Of a stretch of DNA of 54,780 nt, positions 9,601-18,362 are shown piece after piece. Origin of the DNA: an uncultured bacterium (GTDB taxonomy: Bacteria; SAR324; NAC60-12). The notes under the pieces are model-generated. The model was not told the DNA's origin, did no database searches, and saw only the letters and a list, made by a program, of their open reading frames with translations. The stretch spans positions 7,776-62,555 of the forward strand of contig CBFIJD010000014.1 of NCBI GenBank assembly GCA_965662845.1, given 5' to 3'. Both the position numbers and the translations under genes were made by a program. Numbering within the stretch: the first letter of the stretch is position 1; each line of letters opens with the position of its first letter.

Positions 9601-10402
9601 GCAGATATCCATAGGCATCATAAGCATCCCCCCCTGCTGTTGCTTTCCAATAGAAGGAAACGTTGTCGCCTTCAACAAGCGAAATGGCATTAGAACTGTA
9701 CAGAGCAGGTCCACGAACAATCCCGTATCCTGCAACATTCCCAGACCCTGTGCCTAACTTTATTCCTTGCCCTGAATAGCCATTTTCAATAATCGCAACA
9801 TTCCGGCTAAATGACTCAGCCGATGTATTGTCATAAATTCCTATATTATTGGCTGGCCAAGTTGTGTCGATAGGTGTGTCCTGGCCTGCAATTTGAATAA
9901 TACCATCCAACTTGACTTGGTCTAAATCTGCAGTCCAACCTGTGAAGGATGTAGCTCCAACAGCATCGCTCTCAAAATTTCCATTAGTAAAACTACTAGA
10001 TAAGTTGATCCTTAAACTGGCACCGTTTAGTCCATTATTAGTGCCATCAATACTTGCAATTACGTTAGCCTTTGTACCATCTCCCAAATAAATTGTGCTT
10101 CCTATAATGGAGACTTCACCATCTGTTATTGACACAGTTGTGTCTGTTGCTAGCGTTAAATTGTCGTAACTGGTCGCAGGGTTTAGGTTAAATTCGATGT
10201 AGCCGTCGTAGTAATCTGATCCATTGCTTATGCTAACGTCACTATCTAGCACATAAGCAGCATCTCCTTCGGTGAAAGTAGAGTCATCAAAATTAGAAAT
10301 AGTAATATCGGCGGCATATGCAGTAGATGCCCCTAAAATAGCTGAAGAAACAACAAGAGCCTTCATTCGTTTTCGGCTTGAAATATAGTTTCTTTTTTTC
10401 AT
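6623..10402 (-). CDS. Large secreted surface protein/adhesin (1259 aa) with cadherin-like/Ig-like repeats
   Basis: Signal peptide ending AYA; repeated LTVTGTNDVPVA / NVPVA boundaries and FTY..TDN motifs; Thr/Ser/Val-rich stalk; Trp-rich duplicated C-terminal module. Confidence 0.85.
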   Translation of the reverse strand: MKKRNYISSRKRMKALVVSSAILGASTAYAADITISNFDDSTFTEGDAAYVLDSDVSISNGSDYYDGYIEFNLNPATSYDNLTLATDTTVSITDGEVSIIGSTIYLGDGTKANVIASIDGTNNGLNGASLRINLSSSFTNGNFESDAVGATSFTGWTADLDQVKLDGIIQIAGQDTPIDTTWPANNIGIYDNTSAESFSRNVAIIENGYSGQGIKLGTGSGNVAGYGIVRGPALYSSNAISLVEGDNVSFYWKATAGGDAYDAYGYLLEATTGSTILLLDETGTDSTGTDWAQKTVTIGNGDNGTYQFVFVAGSFDASGGSALGGFLEVDEIAVSTSEGTLSENAVINILQSVKYQNTSRSPTPTKTLTLTVQNKAGSTATDNATIALINVPVADNKTGLTVTEDIPLDILLTGMAAENDSLSFSLLSSPTYGALGSLGSATFVAPGNYSSSVTYSAFDNLSAGLTYHDNFTYLVTDNNSENSTVALVNLTVTGTNDVPVANDVSAIFTEGTPGNITLSATDVDGDNITSFQIVGSPSLGTASIPDSAVGSLLFTPAERLSAGKNYTEVFTYSATDNNSGTSASANISLTVTGTNDVPVASNLSISVESRGAYTGTLPYVDVDQDDVHTFAIVSPPSQGEVTLANTRSNAFTYTSTSAAATSDAFSFRVTDNLGASATATVSVVLTNSTVISVNDDNASVTETVTSIGDSSVNAPKGDNVQVIGNPGESTTTVVQLPESVTKPETEIRATLNLDGTQAIAVDTTNPAATATTTSFNNLPAGTVTEIGDDGSVTATLNVGNNKVTAVVDPKGASTTEVEVTAADGSVLKTSLAAPEGAQTSVSGNTLLTTVAPEAVTQSSVERMDLTVNEDGSVATSTPIKDANGNVVAESQITLPAGGSTSLSYTGTLRSTLPTVTNTDGSSVTPSVSQNANGELEVQLSVTNSDGQSSKVVLPKLTAGSSVSIQDGGVAASMPLATGVPVTNREARDAAATEVGSTGLYMGRDPQTNAAVYVAAAEANTTLEVLRPFNSSRTSVVVSSGSVSLTRGDTQSTLAVGESFLVTNSARQFTLAEGANLFSFPTAEDLSAFDWEVLLGNAHSFWTWNADNQSWQAFSPDLTTAVSLANRLEVPQVEEARSGDGVYVQSDYFLTLTMSDAPGGTLRDTTSDTTSEWRLLGNNTDQPVAITELLATLPTNVLALWRSVDGAWQVYSTDAEILAQRDAEGLAEWSINEPLAVGEAYWVQVQPPNSNQRSLRQPPM
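8602..8935. repeat. 37-bp identical direct repeat (8602-8638 and 8899-8935) at Ig-domain boundaries
   Basis: TCGCGACAGGGACATCGTTCGTGCCGGTGACGGTCAA twice, 297 bp (99 codons) apart. Confidence 0.95.
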
Positions 10403-10655
10403 TTTTTGTTTAAGCGTAGTTTTTTTGATTAAAAAATCGAAGTGGCGAGGCCAAACTCTGTATTGAGAATGGAGCTTCTAAACGGCGGCAGGTGCCAGCG
10501 TCCAACTTGGACTTGGCTTTGTTGCAGAAATGCATCACGCCAAAGTTCTGCTTGGCTGTCAAGCAACTTTTTTGTAACAAAAGAAAAGCTACCGATTTAC
10601 GGGATCTTGAGGATGACCGAGGGAGGTGAGGGCCATTCGCGAACAGACCTTAGCT

Positions 10656-11543
10656 CTACCTCTGCCCACGGAAAGCCGCGAGGATGCCCAGCAGCACAAC
10701 GGCGCTACCGGCGAGCTCGTAGGGGCTGAGCATGCGTCCTAAAAAGGCAAACTCCAGCAGCAGCGTCATCACAGGCGCCAAGGTCAAGACGGTCATTCCG
10801 GTGGCAATGCTCACATAGCGCAGCGCGTAGGTGTAGCACATGCGCCCAGCGAAGGGCCCAGCGAAGGCGGCGAGGCCCAACCAGCCCCACGTCTCCCATG
10901 AAAAGGCCGCGACCGCGGTCGAGACCCCTGGCAGCAACAGCAGCACCCCCATCCCGAAGCTCAGCCGAATCACATTCAAAATCTGCGGATCCACATCGTT
11001 CATCACCATCTTCCCCAAGACCTGTAGCCACGCGAAACAGAACGCGGTGCTCAGCGCCCAGAAGATCGGCAGCCAGTCGTCTTCTGCCCACGTCAGCGAC
11101 TCCAGACGCATCACGACAATCCCCGCAAAGATCACTCCGACGGCGCCCCACGTCACCCACGTCACATACTCTTTGAACAACAGCCACCCGAGCAACATGG
11201 CGACGACGATCTCTGTGCGCGCCAACACGCTAAACAAGGTCGCCGAGCTGCTCTGCAACGCCATGCAAATTGAATAGTTGCCTACAATGCCCGTGACCGC
11301 GAAGACTGCGATCAACAGCCCGTTTTTGGGTGTGAAATGCGCGACGCGGCGTCGTTGCCACGCGCCCGGCGCCGAGAACCACATCGCCCAACAGAACACA
11401 ACAAACACCACCGCAAACGGGTTGGCGTCGGCAGCCCCCCGCTGCAAAGGCAGCGAAAACACGCCTGTCCCCAGCAGAGACCCCGTCATGAACCAGACGC
11501 CTCGCTGACGGGGGGTGAGCTGGGCAAAAGAGAAATGCAGCAA
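10656..11543 (-). CDS. DMT/EamA family transporter
   Basis: About 10 hydrophobic helices with EamA duplication; probable TTG start at 11543 after GAGGA (ORF track start 11618). Confidence 0.8.
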   Translation of the reverse strand: MLHFSFAQLTPRQRGVWFMTGSLLGTGVFSLPLQRGAADANPFAVVFVVFCWAMWFSAPGAWQRRRVAHFTPKNGLLIAVFAVTGIVGNYSICMALQSSSATLFSVLARTEIVVAMLLGWLLFKEYVTWVTWGAVGVIFAGIVVMRLESLTWAEDDWLPIFWALSTAFCFAWLQVLGKMVMNDVDPQILNVIRLSFGMGVLLLLPGVSTAVAAFSWETWGWLGLAAFAGPFAGRMCYTYALRYVSIATGMTVLTLAPVMTLLLEFAFLGRMLSPYELAGSAVVLLGILAAFRGQR

Positions 11544-11787
11544 GAAATCCTCGGTCGAAAGAGGGTGGAAGAGAGATGATGTCGAGCCTGATGACAGCGG
11601 TTGCGCCGTTGCCCCCACACCGCAGCAGCCTGCGTGAGCAGGGAACGCGCCTGCCGGTTCTCAGGGACTCCGCAGTTCGACAGAAAAAAGCAGGTCACGG
11701 GTTGCACTTGAGCCGACCTTCGCCCATGCTATGTATCACCCTTTGTGATCCACCTTTCCTTGTCTTTGTCCTAACGCCACACTCACG

Positions 11788-12201
11788 ATGCGCGCCTTCT
11801 CTTTGCCCTTGCTCGTCTTATTTTTGTTATCTGTGCACCTCGGCGTGTTTGTGTTTGCGCTGGGAGAATATAAATCGCCCACTCGCCCGCAAACCGACGC
11901 CGACGAAGTGGCAGAACCCAAGACGGTCAGCGCCTGTGAAGGGCGCAGGCTCACGATGCGACGGCGGAGTGTGGCCGGCATGAACGTGAACATCCGACAG
12001 GGCCCCAGCACCGACTTTCAACGGGTCACTTGGGGAGCACGCCCAGACTTGCCGGGGGGGACGCAGCTGGCGCAGCTGGAAGAGGGGATGGTGGTTTTTG
12101 AAGAGTGCGTGCAAGGTGAGTGGGCGTGGGTGCGCGTGACGCGTCCGCCCCAACTCGCCGACACCCACCAAGGTTGGGTCGCGACCGAGTTTCTGCAGTG
12201 A
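11788..12201 (+). CDS. Secreted/membrane-anchored SH3b-domain protein
   Basis: N-terminal hydrophobic helix; NVNIRQGPST...EWAWVRV...GWVATEFL. Confidence 0.7.
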   Translation: MRAFSLPLLVLFLLSVHLGVFVFALGEYKSPTRPQTDADEVAEPKTVSACEGRRLTMRRRSVAGMNVNIRQGPSTDFQRVTWGARPDLPGGTQLAQLEEGMVVFEECVQGEWAWVRVTRPPQLADTHQGWVATEFLQ

Positions 12202-12388
12202 TCTCAAGCGCCGCGCGTGGCCGCAGTCGCGGTGCATCGGGGCGGCTCTGACGGAAGCGATCTCTGGCCTCGGCGAGAGTGAGCCCCGAAGGGCTTCCGC
12301 AGCGAAGGAGCCCGCGCTCTCTTGAGCGAAGCGGCTCCACCCACAGACCATTCTATTTTTTCATGACTCTTTTTCTCTTAGGAACCGC

Positions 12389-13069
12389 ATGGCCATTCAA
12401 CTATACGAACTCGCTGGGCAAACCGACGACACTCTCTTCAGCTCCTACTGCTGGCGAGCGCGGATGTCGCTCGCGCACAAGGGACTCGACTTTGAGAGCA
12501 TCCCGTGGCGCATGACCGAGAAAGACCGGCTCCACTTTGCCGAGAGCGAGCGGGTGCCCGTGCTCGTCGATGGCGACACCACGCTGAAAGAATCTTGGGA
12601 CATTTTGCAATATCTCGACAAGACGTACACAGAGAAGCCGCTGGACATCGACCGCGCGGAAGTGCGCTTTGTGCGCCACTGGACAGAGACGGTCATCAAC
12701 CCAGCCCTCGCACAGATGATTGTGGATCACGTTTGGGAGACTGTGCACGAAAAGGATCAAGAGTACTTCCGCAACACGCGCGAGAAGCTGTTTGGCATGC
12801 CCCTCGAAGAGTTTGGCGCTAACAAAGAAGAGAAGGTGGAAGCGTTCCGCAAGACGCTCACTCCGCTGCGCCTGACGCTGGAAGCCCGCCCCTTCCTCGG
12901 CGGCGACGCTCCTAACGCAGCTGACTATGTCGTGTTCGGCAGCATGATGTGGGCCCGCGTCACCTCCCCCCTCAGGCTGCTGGAAGAGAGCGATCCCGTC
13001 TACCGCTGGCAAGAGGCCCTGCTGGACCTGTATGACGGCATGGCTCGCAAAACGCCGGCGCGCGCTTGA
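12389..13069 (+). CDS. Glutathione S-transferase (beta-etherase/LigE-like subgroup)
   Basis: LYELAG...FSSYCWRARMSLAHKGL, RVPVLVDG...ESWDILQYLD, FLGGDAPNAADYVVFG. Confidence 0.88.
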   Translation: MAIQLYELAGQTDDTLFSSYCWRARMSLAHKGLDFESIPWRMTEKDRLHFAESERVPVLVDGDTTLKESWDILQYLDKTYTEKPLDIDRAEVRFVRHWTETVINPALAQMIVDHVWETVHEKDQEYFRNTREKLFGMPLEEFGANKEEKVEAFRKTLTPLRLTLEARPFLGGDAPNAADYVVFGSMMWARVTSPLRLLEESDPVYRWQEALLDLYDGMARKTPARA

Positions 13070-13193
13070 AGGAGACGTTCGAGACCCGCGCGGGTTCCCG
13101 CCCCGTCGCCCGGTCTCTCTTTCTCCGAGACAGGAGACCGTTGCGCTGAGGTCGCCCCCTCAAGCAGGCGCGGCCCAAGCGCTGGAGGCAACT

Positions 13194-15860
13194 TCAGAAG
13201 AAGAGCGACAAGTCTCGGTGGCCAGACCGACACGCAGAGATCGGCCCCACAAACTCAGCGGGGAGCTTAGTCTGCAAACGCACTCCAATCGTCGGACGGA
13301 GCGCGGCCTCATACGCTTGCAAAGCCGGCAACAGCGCCGCGCGGCCTGCCTCTCGCCATCTTACCTCCTCGTCTAAACGTTCCAGACTCTGCGCAATGAA
13401 CTGCGCGGCTTGCGCTCGGTCCGCGTCGTCTCGGCGAAACACCCGCGCGGCTCGCTTCAGGCGAGACTGGATGGGATAGGCGCCCTCGATGGTGTTGAGG
13501 CGCTCCTCAACCGCCTCGATCTGGGCCTTGGCGTCTGCGTCAGGAGCCTCTTGTGCGACCGCTTGCAGCGCCTCAATTTCTGGGCGCAGGGCTTGCAGAC
13601 GCGCTGCGGTCGCGAGCAAGTTCATGAGGTCTGGGATGGGTTTGTAGGCCTCATCCACAACGCTGCGATACTGCAATCGCCCCTTGCGCTCGGCCTCGGC
13701 TAGCTCGCGAAAGCGGTCACGGTTCTCTGTCCACTCTGTTGGAATCGTGGCGGCCAAGGCTGCGCGCTGCTCCCGAAAGTCGGCGATCTCGTTGGTGTAG
13801 CGTCGCTTTAAGGCTGCTTTGTTGCTGACTTCTCGAAAACGCAACCCCTGGATCTGTTGCTCTCGCGCTGCAATCTCCGCGTCAAGGTCATACATCTCAC
13901 TTTGAATGTCGCGAACTTGGGCGCGCAGCGGGGCATAATCTTGGGAAAAGGCGTCTAGGTCTCGCTCCGCTTGCCGAATCGCGGCGACGGCTGCCGGAAC
14001 GGCGAGTACGCTCTCCATGGACGTCTGGAGTTTGCGCTGTTCTGCGGCGGGCAGGGCGCTCACGTCCACACGCTGGAGGTTGGCGACAGCCTGCTCAAGG
14101 GGCGTGAAGTTGTTCTCATACACCGGAAACAGCTCTGCTTCTAAACAACGCTGAATCTGAGGATTGATCGGCGGTGGCGCGTTGTCAGAGCCTAAGTAGC
14201 TGCGGTTGGGGAGGTAGTTCACGAGGGGGGGAGTGCTGCCCGCGATCAACAGCCCCAACAGCTGCAAACCGATGAAGAACGTGACGCCTTTGTAGATGTT
14301 CGTCGTCTTGACTTCAGGAGGGGCCACGCCGCGCAAATAGAACAGCGCGAACCCGAACGGCGGCGTGAGAAAAGAAGTCTGCAAGTTCAAGCCAAGCATC
14401 ACGCCCAGCCAAACCGCGGTGACGTTCGCTTCGGGATTCGCGAGCAAGATCGGCGCGACCAGCGGCACGACCACGACCGCGATCTCGATAAAGTCTAAGA
14501 AGAAGCCCAGCAGGAAGATCACAAACATCACCACAAAGAACTGCGTCCAGAAACCGCCGGGTAAGCTGGTCAGCGTCTCTTTGACGAAGTGTTCCCCGCC
14601 AAATCCGCGAAACGCGGCGGTGAGCATCGCGGCTCCCAACAAGATAATGAACACCATCGAACTCGTCTTCGCGGTCTCCAGCATCACCCCTTGGAGCGTA
14701 TCCTCAATTTGATAGGCGCGCAGGATGCTCCAGCCGACCCCGACTAACAATACCGCGGAGGCTCCCAGCGCGATGAGTAGCCCGACGATCTCTGTGTCCG
14801 TTTGCAGATTACGCACGTTGACCGGAATGAACTGCAGCAAGACACCCAGCACGATCACCGAACCGAGCGTCAACAGCGCGGGTGTGTAGCGGTGAGCATC
14901 GGCGGGGGCAAGGCGATAGCTGCCCATCACCATGGCGCCAATCGCCCCGACCGCTCCCGCTTGGTTGACCGTCGCGACGCCCAACAAGATGGAACCCAGC
15001 ACCACAAAGATGAGCGCCAAAGGAGGCAACAGCGCCAGCAGCACGCGTCTCGCGAATTGCCGGTCATACTGCCCATCATAAGGGATCGGTGGCGCGGAGC
15101 CCGGGCGCAGCAGCGCGCTTCCCAAAATGTAGAGCATATAGATGCCGACCAGAATCAACCCCGGCACAATCGCCCCGACGAACATGTCCCCCGCGCTGGC
15201 AGAGACCACTTCAAACTCGCCGGGCATCACACTTTGCCCTGTCGCGAGCCGATACTCTTCGCGTCTCAGATTGTTCGCGACATCTGCTGCGTTCGAGAGT
15301 TGGTCTGCGAGGATGATGAGGACAATAGAAGGCGGGATGATCTGTCCGAGGGTGCCAGAGGCGCAGATAGTCCCAGTCGCGAGCGTTTGAGAGTAGTTGT
15401 GCCGCAACATCGCGGGTAGAGAGATCATCCCCATCGCGATGACGGTCGCGCCAACGATCCCAGTCGTCGCGGCTAACAACGCCCCGACAAACACCACAGA
15501 GATGCCTAAGCCCCCCGGAACCGGACCAAACAGCTGAGCCATCGCGACCAGCAAATCTTCCGCGATACGTGAACGCTGGAGCATGATCCCCATGAACACA
15601 AACAGCGGAATCGCGATGAGCGTGTCGCGCTCCACCTCCCAATAGACGCTGCGAAAGTTCGTGACGCCTGAGCTGAGCCACTGGATTGGGCCGTCTTGGG
15701 CAAAGTATGCTGACGGATCTCCCGCGAACACATAGCCCGCGAGCGCGGCGGTTCCAATCGTCAAAATGGCCGAACCCGGCAAAGAGAAGGCGACTGGAAA
15801 GCCCGAGGTGAGGGCGACCCCCATCGTCAGCAGCAACAGCAGTAAAAACAATGATTCCAT
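13194..15860 (-). CDS. dctM: TRAP transporter large permease DctM with long C-terminal helical extension (888 aa)
   Basis: LIAIPLFVFMG, LLAATTGIVGATV, SGTLGQIIPPSIVL, LGFFLDFIEI, NLQTSFLTPPFGFALFYLRGVAP. Confidence 0.92.
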   Translation of the reverse strand: MESLFLLLLLLTMGVALTSGFPVAFSLPGSAILTIGTAALAGYVFAGDPSAYFAQDGPIQWLSSGVTNFRSVYWEVERDTLIAIPLFVFMGIMLQRSRIAEDLLVAMAQLFGPVPGGLGISVVFVGALLAATTGIVGATVIAMGMISLPAMLRHNYSQTLATGTICASGTLGQIIPPSIVLIILADQLSNAADVANNLRREEYRLATGQSVMPGEFEVVSASAGDMFVGAIVPGLILVGIYMLYILGSALLRPGSAPPIPYDGQYDRQFARRVLLALLPPLALIFVVLGSILLGVATVNQAGAVGAIGAMVMGSYRLAPADAHRYTPALLTLGSVIVLGVLLQFIPVNVRNLQTDTEIVGLLIALGASAVLLVGVGWSILRAYQIEDTLQGVMLETAKTSSMVFIILLGAAMLTAAFRGFGGEHFVKETLTSLPGGFWTQFFVVMFVIFLLGFFLDFIEIAVVVVPLVAPILLANPEANVTAVWLGVMLGLNLQTSFLTPPFGFALFYLRGVAPPEVKTTNIYKGVTFFIGLQLLGLLIAGSTPPLVNYLPNRSYLGSDNAPPPINPQIQRCLEAELFPVYENNFTPLEQAVANLQRVDVSALPAAEQRKLQTSMESVLAVPAAVAAIRQAERDLDAFSQDYAPLRAQVRDIQSEMYDLDAEIAAREQQIQGLRFREVSNKAALKRRYTNEIADFREQRAALAATIPTEWTENRDRFRELAEAERKGRLQYRSVVDEAYKPIPDLMNLLATAARLQALRPEIEALQAVAQEAPDADAKAQIEAVEERLNTIEGAYPIQSRLKRAARVFRRDDADRAQAAQFIAQSLERLDEEVRWREAGRAALLPALQAYEAALRPTIGVRLQTKLPAEFVGPISACRSGHRDLSLFF

Positions 15861-15878
15861 GACTTCGGCTCTCGCGGC

Positions 15879-16880
15879 TCAGGGTTCAGGTTCGGGAGAG
15901 GGCTCTTCTAGCAGCTCGGCGACGCTCTGCAGAAAGTAGCTGCAGAACTGAATCAGCATGCTCAGCGCGAAGATCACGAGATAGCCCACCATGAGATACT
16001 TGACGTACATCCCAAAGCCCTGCTGCGAGATTTCGAAGCTGCGCAGTGGACTGTTGATGCTGCTGCCTTTGCTCTGCATCCCGACCAGCAAGATCGTCCA
16101 ACACAGGGGCAACCCCAAGAGCACCGTGCCAATCGCGTTAGACAGCGCTTTTCTGCGCGCAGGAAACCGCGCATAGAGGACGTCCACCCGCACGTGCCCC
16201 TCTGTGACCAAGGCGTGCGCGCTCGCGAAGAGAAACAGCGCTGCGTACCACATGCGGACGAGGTCGCCCATGAACGCTTGCTCATAGGAGAAGACGAAGC
16301 GACAGAGCACAATCAAGAACTCTGCAACCACCACCAGCAGCGCCAGCCACACAAAGCCGAGCCCACGCAGGCGCCAAGCGATCAGCCCCCCGACCACCAC
16401 CAGCGGATAGTGCAGATAAGAGCCCCGAAAGATCGCGCGCCCCAACTCACGAGCAAGGTCATCGCCGAAGAGGCCTTCTAGCAGACCTTCGACGCGCAAA
16501 AACGAGATGGCTCCATCCACAAAACCAATCAGCAAGACCGCCCAAAACCCAGAGCGACAGAGAAACGCCGCCAGCGCCGCGAGTTGATCCGCTTCTGTGC
16601 GCAGCGGACGATGGCGGGTTCCCAACACGAAGCCGATTACCCCCAAACAGACCAGCAGCAGCAGACCGAGCTGTACCCAGCCTTGGGTCGCCTGCTCCGG
16701 AGCTAGCCCTGCGCTCGTGTCTCCCCCAGATTGGTGCTCCACAAAGCGTAGGATGCCCGGCCAGTCCAGCCAGTAGTTGAGGTAGTTGTTGAACAAGAAA
16801 AAGAGGGCGAGTCCCGTGCAACCTAAAGCAAAACAGCGGGCGACGAGTTGCCACGGAGAACGTACTGTTGACGAGGTCAT
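15879..16880 (-). CDS. dctQ: TRAP small permease DctQ with N-terminal extra TM helices (about 333 aa)
   Basis: C-terminal half has RFVFS..., EGHVRVDVLY DctQ motif; lies between dctP and dctM. Confidence 0.85.
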   Translation of the reverse strand: MTSSTVRSPWQLVARCFALGCTGLALFFLFNNYLNYWLDWPGILRFVEHQSGGDTSAGLAPEQATQGWVQLGLLLLVCLGVIGFVLGTRHRPLRTEADQLAALAAFLCRSGFWAVLLIGFVDGAISFLRVEGLLEGLFGDDLARELGRAIFRGSYLHYPLVVVGGLIAWRLRGLGFVWLALLVVVAEFLIVLCRFVFSYEQAFMGDLVRMWYAALFLFASAHALVTEGHVRVDVLYARFPARRKALSNAIGTVLLGLPLCWTILLVGMQSKGSSINSPLRSFEISQQGFGMYVKYLMVGYLVIFALSMLIQFCSYFLQSVAELLEEPSPEPEP

Positions 16881-16978
16881 GGGCTGCTCAATAGAGGCAA
16901 TCGGAGACGAGGTGGGAACCCGACCCCAGCAGGTCGGGCAAGGAGAACACCGTTGCAAGCAACGGATGGTTCTGCGGC

Positions 16979-18073
16979 TTAGACGCCGAGGACGCGGTTG
17001 CGCTCAGAGACATAAGCCTGATCGGAGATTTTCGTCCAGCCGCCGATCTCCGCGCGCGCTTTCGCGAAGCTCTCGTGGATGCGGTTGGCTAGGTCACTGT
17101 GGGCGCGTGTCTCTTCGAAGACCTCTTCAGAGGCTAGGCCGAACTCGTCATACAACTCTTGGTTGAGTTGACGGAGTTTGACTCCTTGGTTCTTGATCAT
17201 GTCTGCCAGCGCAGCGCCGTTCTTAGCGTTCATTTCCGAGGGCATCATTTCGTTTTCAGCGGTGGCCGCGGCCTCAATGATCAGCTGATCCTCTTTTGAG
17301 AGAGACGACCACCAAGACTTGTTCATCCCCACTGCGAGCATAGAGCCGGGCTCGTGCATGCCGGGATAGTAGTAGTATTTCGCGGCTTCATAGAACTTCA
17401 TGTAGGTGTCATTCCAAGGGCCCACCCACTCGGTGGCGTCAATGGAACCAGAGATCAAGTTCTCATAGATTTGACCACCGGGCAGCGAGACGGGAGAGGC
17501 GCCGAGTTTGGACATGACGTCGCCACCCAAGCCTGGGATCCGCATTTTCAGACCGCGTAAGTCTGCGGGTGAGTTGATCTCATTGCGGAACCAGCCAGCC
17601 ATCTGCACACCCGTGTTGCCACACATCAGGTTCTTCAGCCCGAACCCATCGGCCAGTTCATCCCACAGCTCTTGTCCACCACCATAGCGCATCCACGCGT
17701 TCATCTCGGTGTAGGTCAGGCCAAAAGGCACCGCAGTGAAGTATGCCCAGCTGGGGTGTTTGCCTTTCCAGTAGTAATCTGCGGCGTGATACATCTGAGC
17801 ATTGCCAGAGGCGACCGCGTCAAAAGCGTCAAAAGCGCCCACGCGCTCACCGGCCGCAAAATATTGGACGTTCATGCGGCCGCCGGTCATCGCCGTTAAG
17901 CGCTCTGCGAAGCGCTGGGCGCCAGTCCCCAAGCCGGGGAAGTCACGAGGCCAGGTCGTGACCAGCACGATGTCCATACGCTTTTGAGCATGAACCGCTG
18001 GGGCTGCGCTTAAAGTGGTCCCTGCGACGGCTGCGGTAATTCCGGCTTGTTGCAAAAATTTACGACGCTTCAT
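16979..18073 (-). CDS. dctP: TRAP substrate-binding protein DctP (TakP-like, Tat signal)
   Basis: ATG 18073 after GGAGGG; MKRRKFL; TTWPRDFPGLG, YYWKGK, GNTGVQMAGWF, KMRIPGLGG, IDATEWVGP, YYYPGMHEP. Confidence 0.93.
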   Translation of the reverse strand: MKRRKFLQQAGITAAVAGTTLSAAPAVHAQKRMDIVLVTTWPRDFPGLGTGAQRFAERLTAMTGGRMNVQYFAAGERVGAFDAFDAVASGNAQMYHAADYYWKGKHPSWAYFTAVPFGLTYTEMNAWMRYGGGQELWDELADGFGLKNLMCGNTGVQMAGWFRNEINSPADLRGLKMRIPGLGGDVMSKLGASPVSLPGGQIYENLISGSIDATEWVGPWNDTYMKFYEAAKYYYYPGMHEPGSMLAVGMNKSWWSSLSKEDQLIIEAAATAENEMMPSEMNAKNGAALADMIKNQGVKLRQLNQELYDEFGLASEEVFEETRAHSDLANRIHESFAKARAEIGGWTKISDQAYVSERNRVLGV

Positions 18074-18241
18074 GATCCCTCCAATATTGTAAGTAAACTG
18101 ATGATTCACGTTCAAATAATGTTTTCCTGATGCAATCAGGCAGTCCCTTCTTTGGCAACAAACCACTGATTTTGAATATTTTCTGCGAGCCACAGTCAGC
18201 CGCAATGAATATTAGCTATTGTGATTTGAAAGAACTTAAGG

Positions 18242-18269
18242 ATTATGTCTTACACAAAAAGTAAGTCAA
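18242..18269 (-). promoter_or_regulatory. Putative dctP promoter with overlapping palindromic operator
   Basis: Minus strand TTGACT-N16-CATAAT; imperfect palindrome TGTCTTAC-N7-GTAAGTCA at 18246-18268. Confidence 0.5.
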
Positions 18270-18362
18270 GAGATCCGTCATCTTCCGAAGGTAACCGTTG
18301 CTGGTTGATTCCTGCATTTTGAGCATCCTTGTGGGTGCCCTCGTCTGTTTGACCGCGTTTTT

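Noticed and set aside
10539..10562. Minus-strand TTGACA with GCCAA/TTGGC inverted repeat upstream of the adhesin (MerR-like promoter?)
   Set aside because: No convincing -10 and only 5-bp arms; too weak to call.
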